64,000 nt of DNA from Rhodospirillaceae bacterium (GTDB lineage: Bacteria; Pseudomonadota; Alphaproteobacteria; UBA6615), in assembly GCA_018702955.1 (NCBI GenBank), contig JABJEK010000022.1:21789-85788 (forward strand), in the 5' to 3' direction. The translations under genes were made by a program, and so were the position numbers. The notes below the pieces were generated by a model. The model worked only from the letters and a program-made list of their open reading frames with translations, did no database searches and was not told the DNA's origin. Below, piece after piece: positions 63,472 to 64,000 of the stretch; positions within the stretch are counted from its first letter, which is position 1; the number at the start of each line of letters is the position of its first letter.

Positions 63472-64000
63472 TTAATGTTCGCGAACCGCCGTGATCTCGT
63501 CCAGCTTTTCCCGTACGGCGATCAGATCGAGCCATGCGGCGCGTTTTTGCGCCGGTTGACGAAGAAGATAGGCAGGGTGAAGCGTCGCCATTGCGGGAAT
63601 AGGTGCCATGCCGGCGGTTTCCATCGCCGGTGAGGCATAGTCATACCACCGACCGCGCAGCCGGGTGATGCCTTCCGTACGATTCAGAAGTGTCTTGGCC
63701 GAGGTGCCGCCGAGAAAGACCAGGAGCCGCGGCGCAATCAGCGCAATATGGCGTTCGAGGAAGGGCAGGCAGGCCGCAATCTCGGCACCTGTGGGTTGCC
63801 GGTTTCCCGGCGGGCGCCAGGGCAGGATGTTCGTGATGTAGACATTCGTCTCGCGCCCCAAATCGAGAAACTCCAGCATCCCGTCGAGGAGTTGGCCGCT
63901 GGCGCCGACAAAGGGGGTGCCGTCCCGGTCCTCGTCGCGACCCGGTGCCTCGCCGACCAGCATGATATCTGCCGTCGCCGCGCCGGTGCCGAACACAAGG
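63472..64000 (-). CDS. Uracil-DNA glycosylase family 4 (5' end beyond window)
   Basis: VGEAPG..ED..G.PFVG.SG.LL, YITN, RPPGNR.P, HPAYLLR. Confidence 0.93.
   Translation of the reverse strand, partial: LVFGTGAATADIMLVGEAPGRDEDRDGTPFVGASGQLLDGMLEFLDLGRETNVYITNILPWRPPGNRQPTGAEIAACLPFLERHIALIAPRLLVFLGGTSAKTLLNRTEGITRLRGRWYDYASPAMETAGMAPIPAMATLHPAYLLRQPAQKRAAWLDLIAVREKLDEITAVREH

Overview
This is a gene-dense, high-GC chromosomal segment of a free-living alphaproteobacterium; gene order and content resemble Rhodospirillales (inference). It is mostly core housekeeping: purD/xseA, lipid A genes (lpxK-waaA-msbA), ubiD/ubiA, pmbA and tldD, gshA, the aa3 cytochrome c oxidase operon, thrC, DsbD/Prx, ispH-thrB-rnhA, a tandem glycine riboswitch with gcvT-H-PA-PB, the F0 ATP synthase operon, smc, mutY, ccrM, rnhB, a LexA-boxed radical SAM gene, moaB, a lytic transglycosylase and a family-4 UDG. 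I saw no tRNA, rRNA, CRISPR array, integrase or transposase, and I cannot demonstrate a new multi-gene system. The best leads lie in the accessory-looking 7.3-20.7 kb stretch. They are: (1) two MAPEG paralogs flanking pmbA, one with an in-frame TGA exactly at a Trp codon and a conserved tail beyond it; (2) a tandem pair of small membrane proteins, the second with a TatA-like N-terminus; (3) a GGCT-like hypothetical protein in a glutathione/ubiquinone neighbourhood; (4) a perfect 12-bp inverted repeat capped by CcrM GANTC sites in the msbA/methyltransferase divergent promoter. Further on, a perfect SOS box heads a possible radical SAM-antiporter-rnhB-ccrM transcript. Product calls come from motif recognition by eye, not database searches, and several start codons were re-picked from the supplied ORF track.
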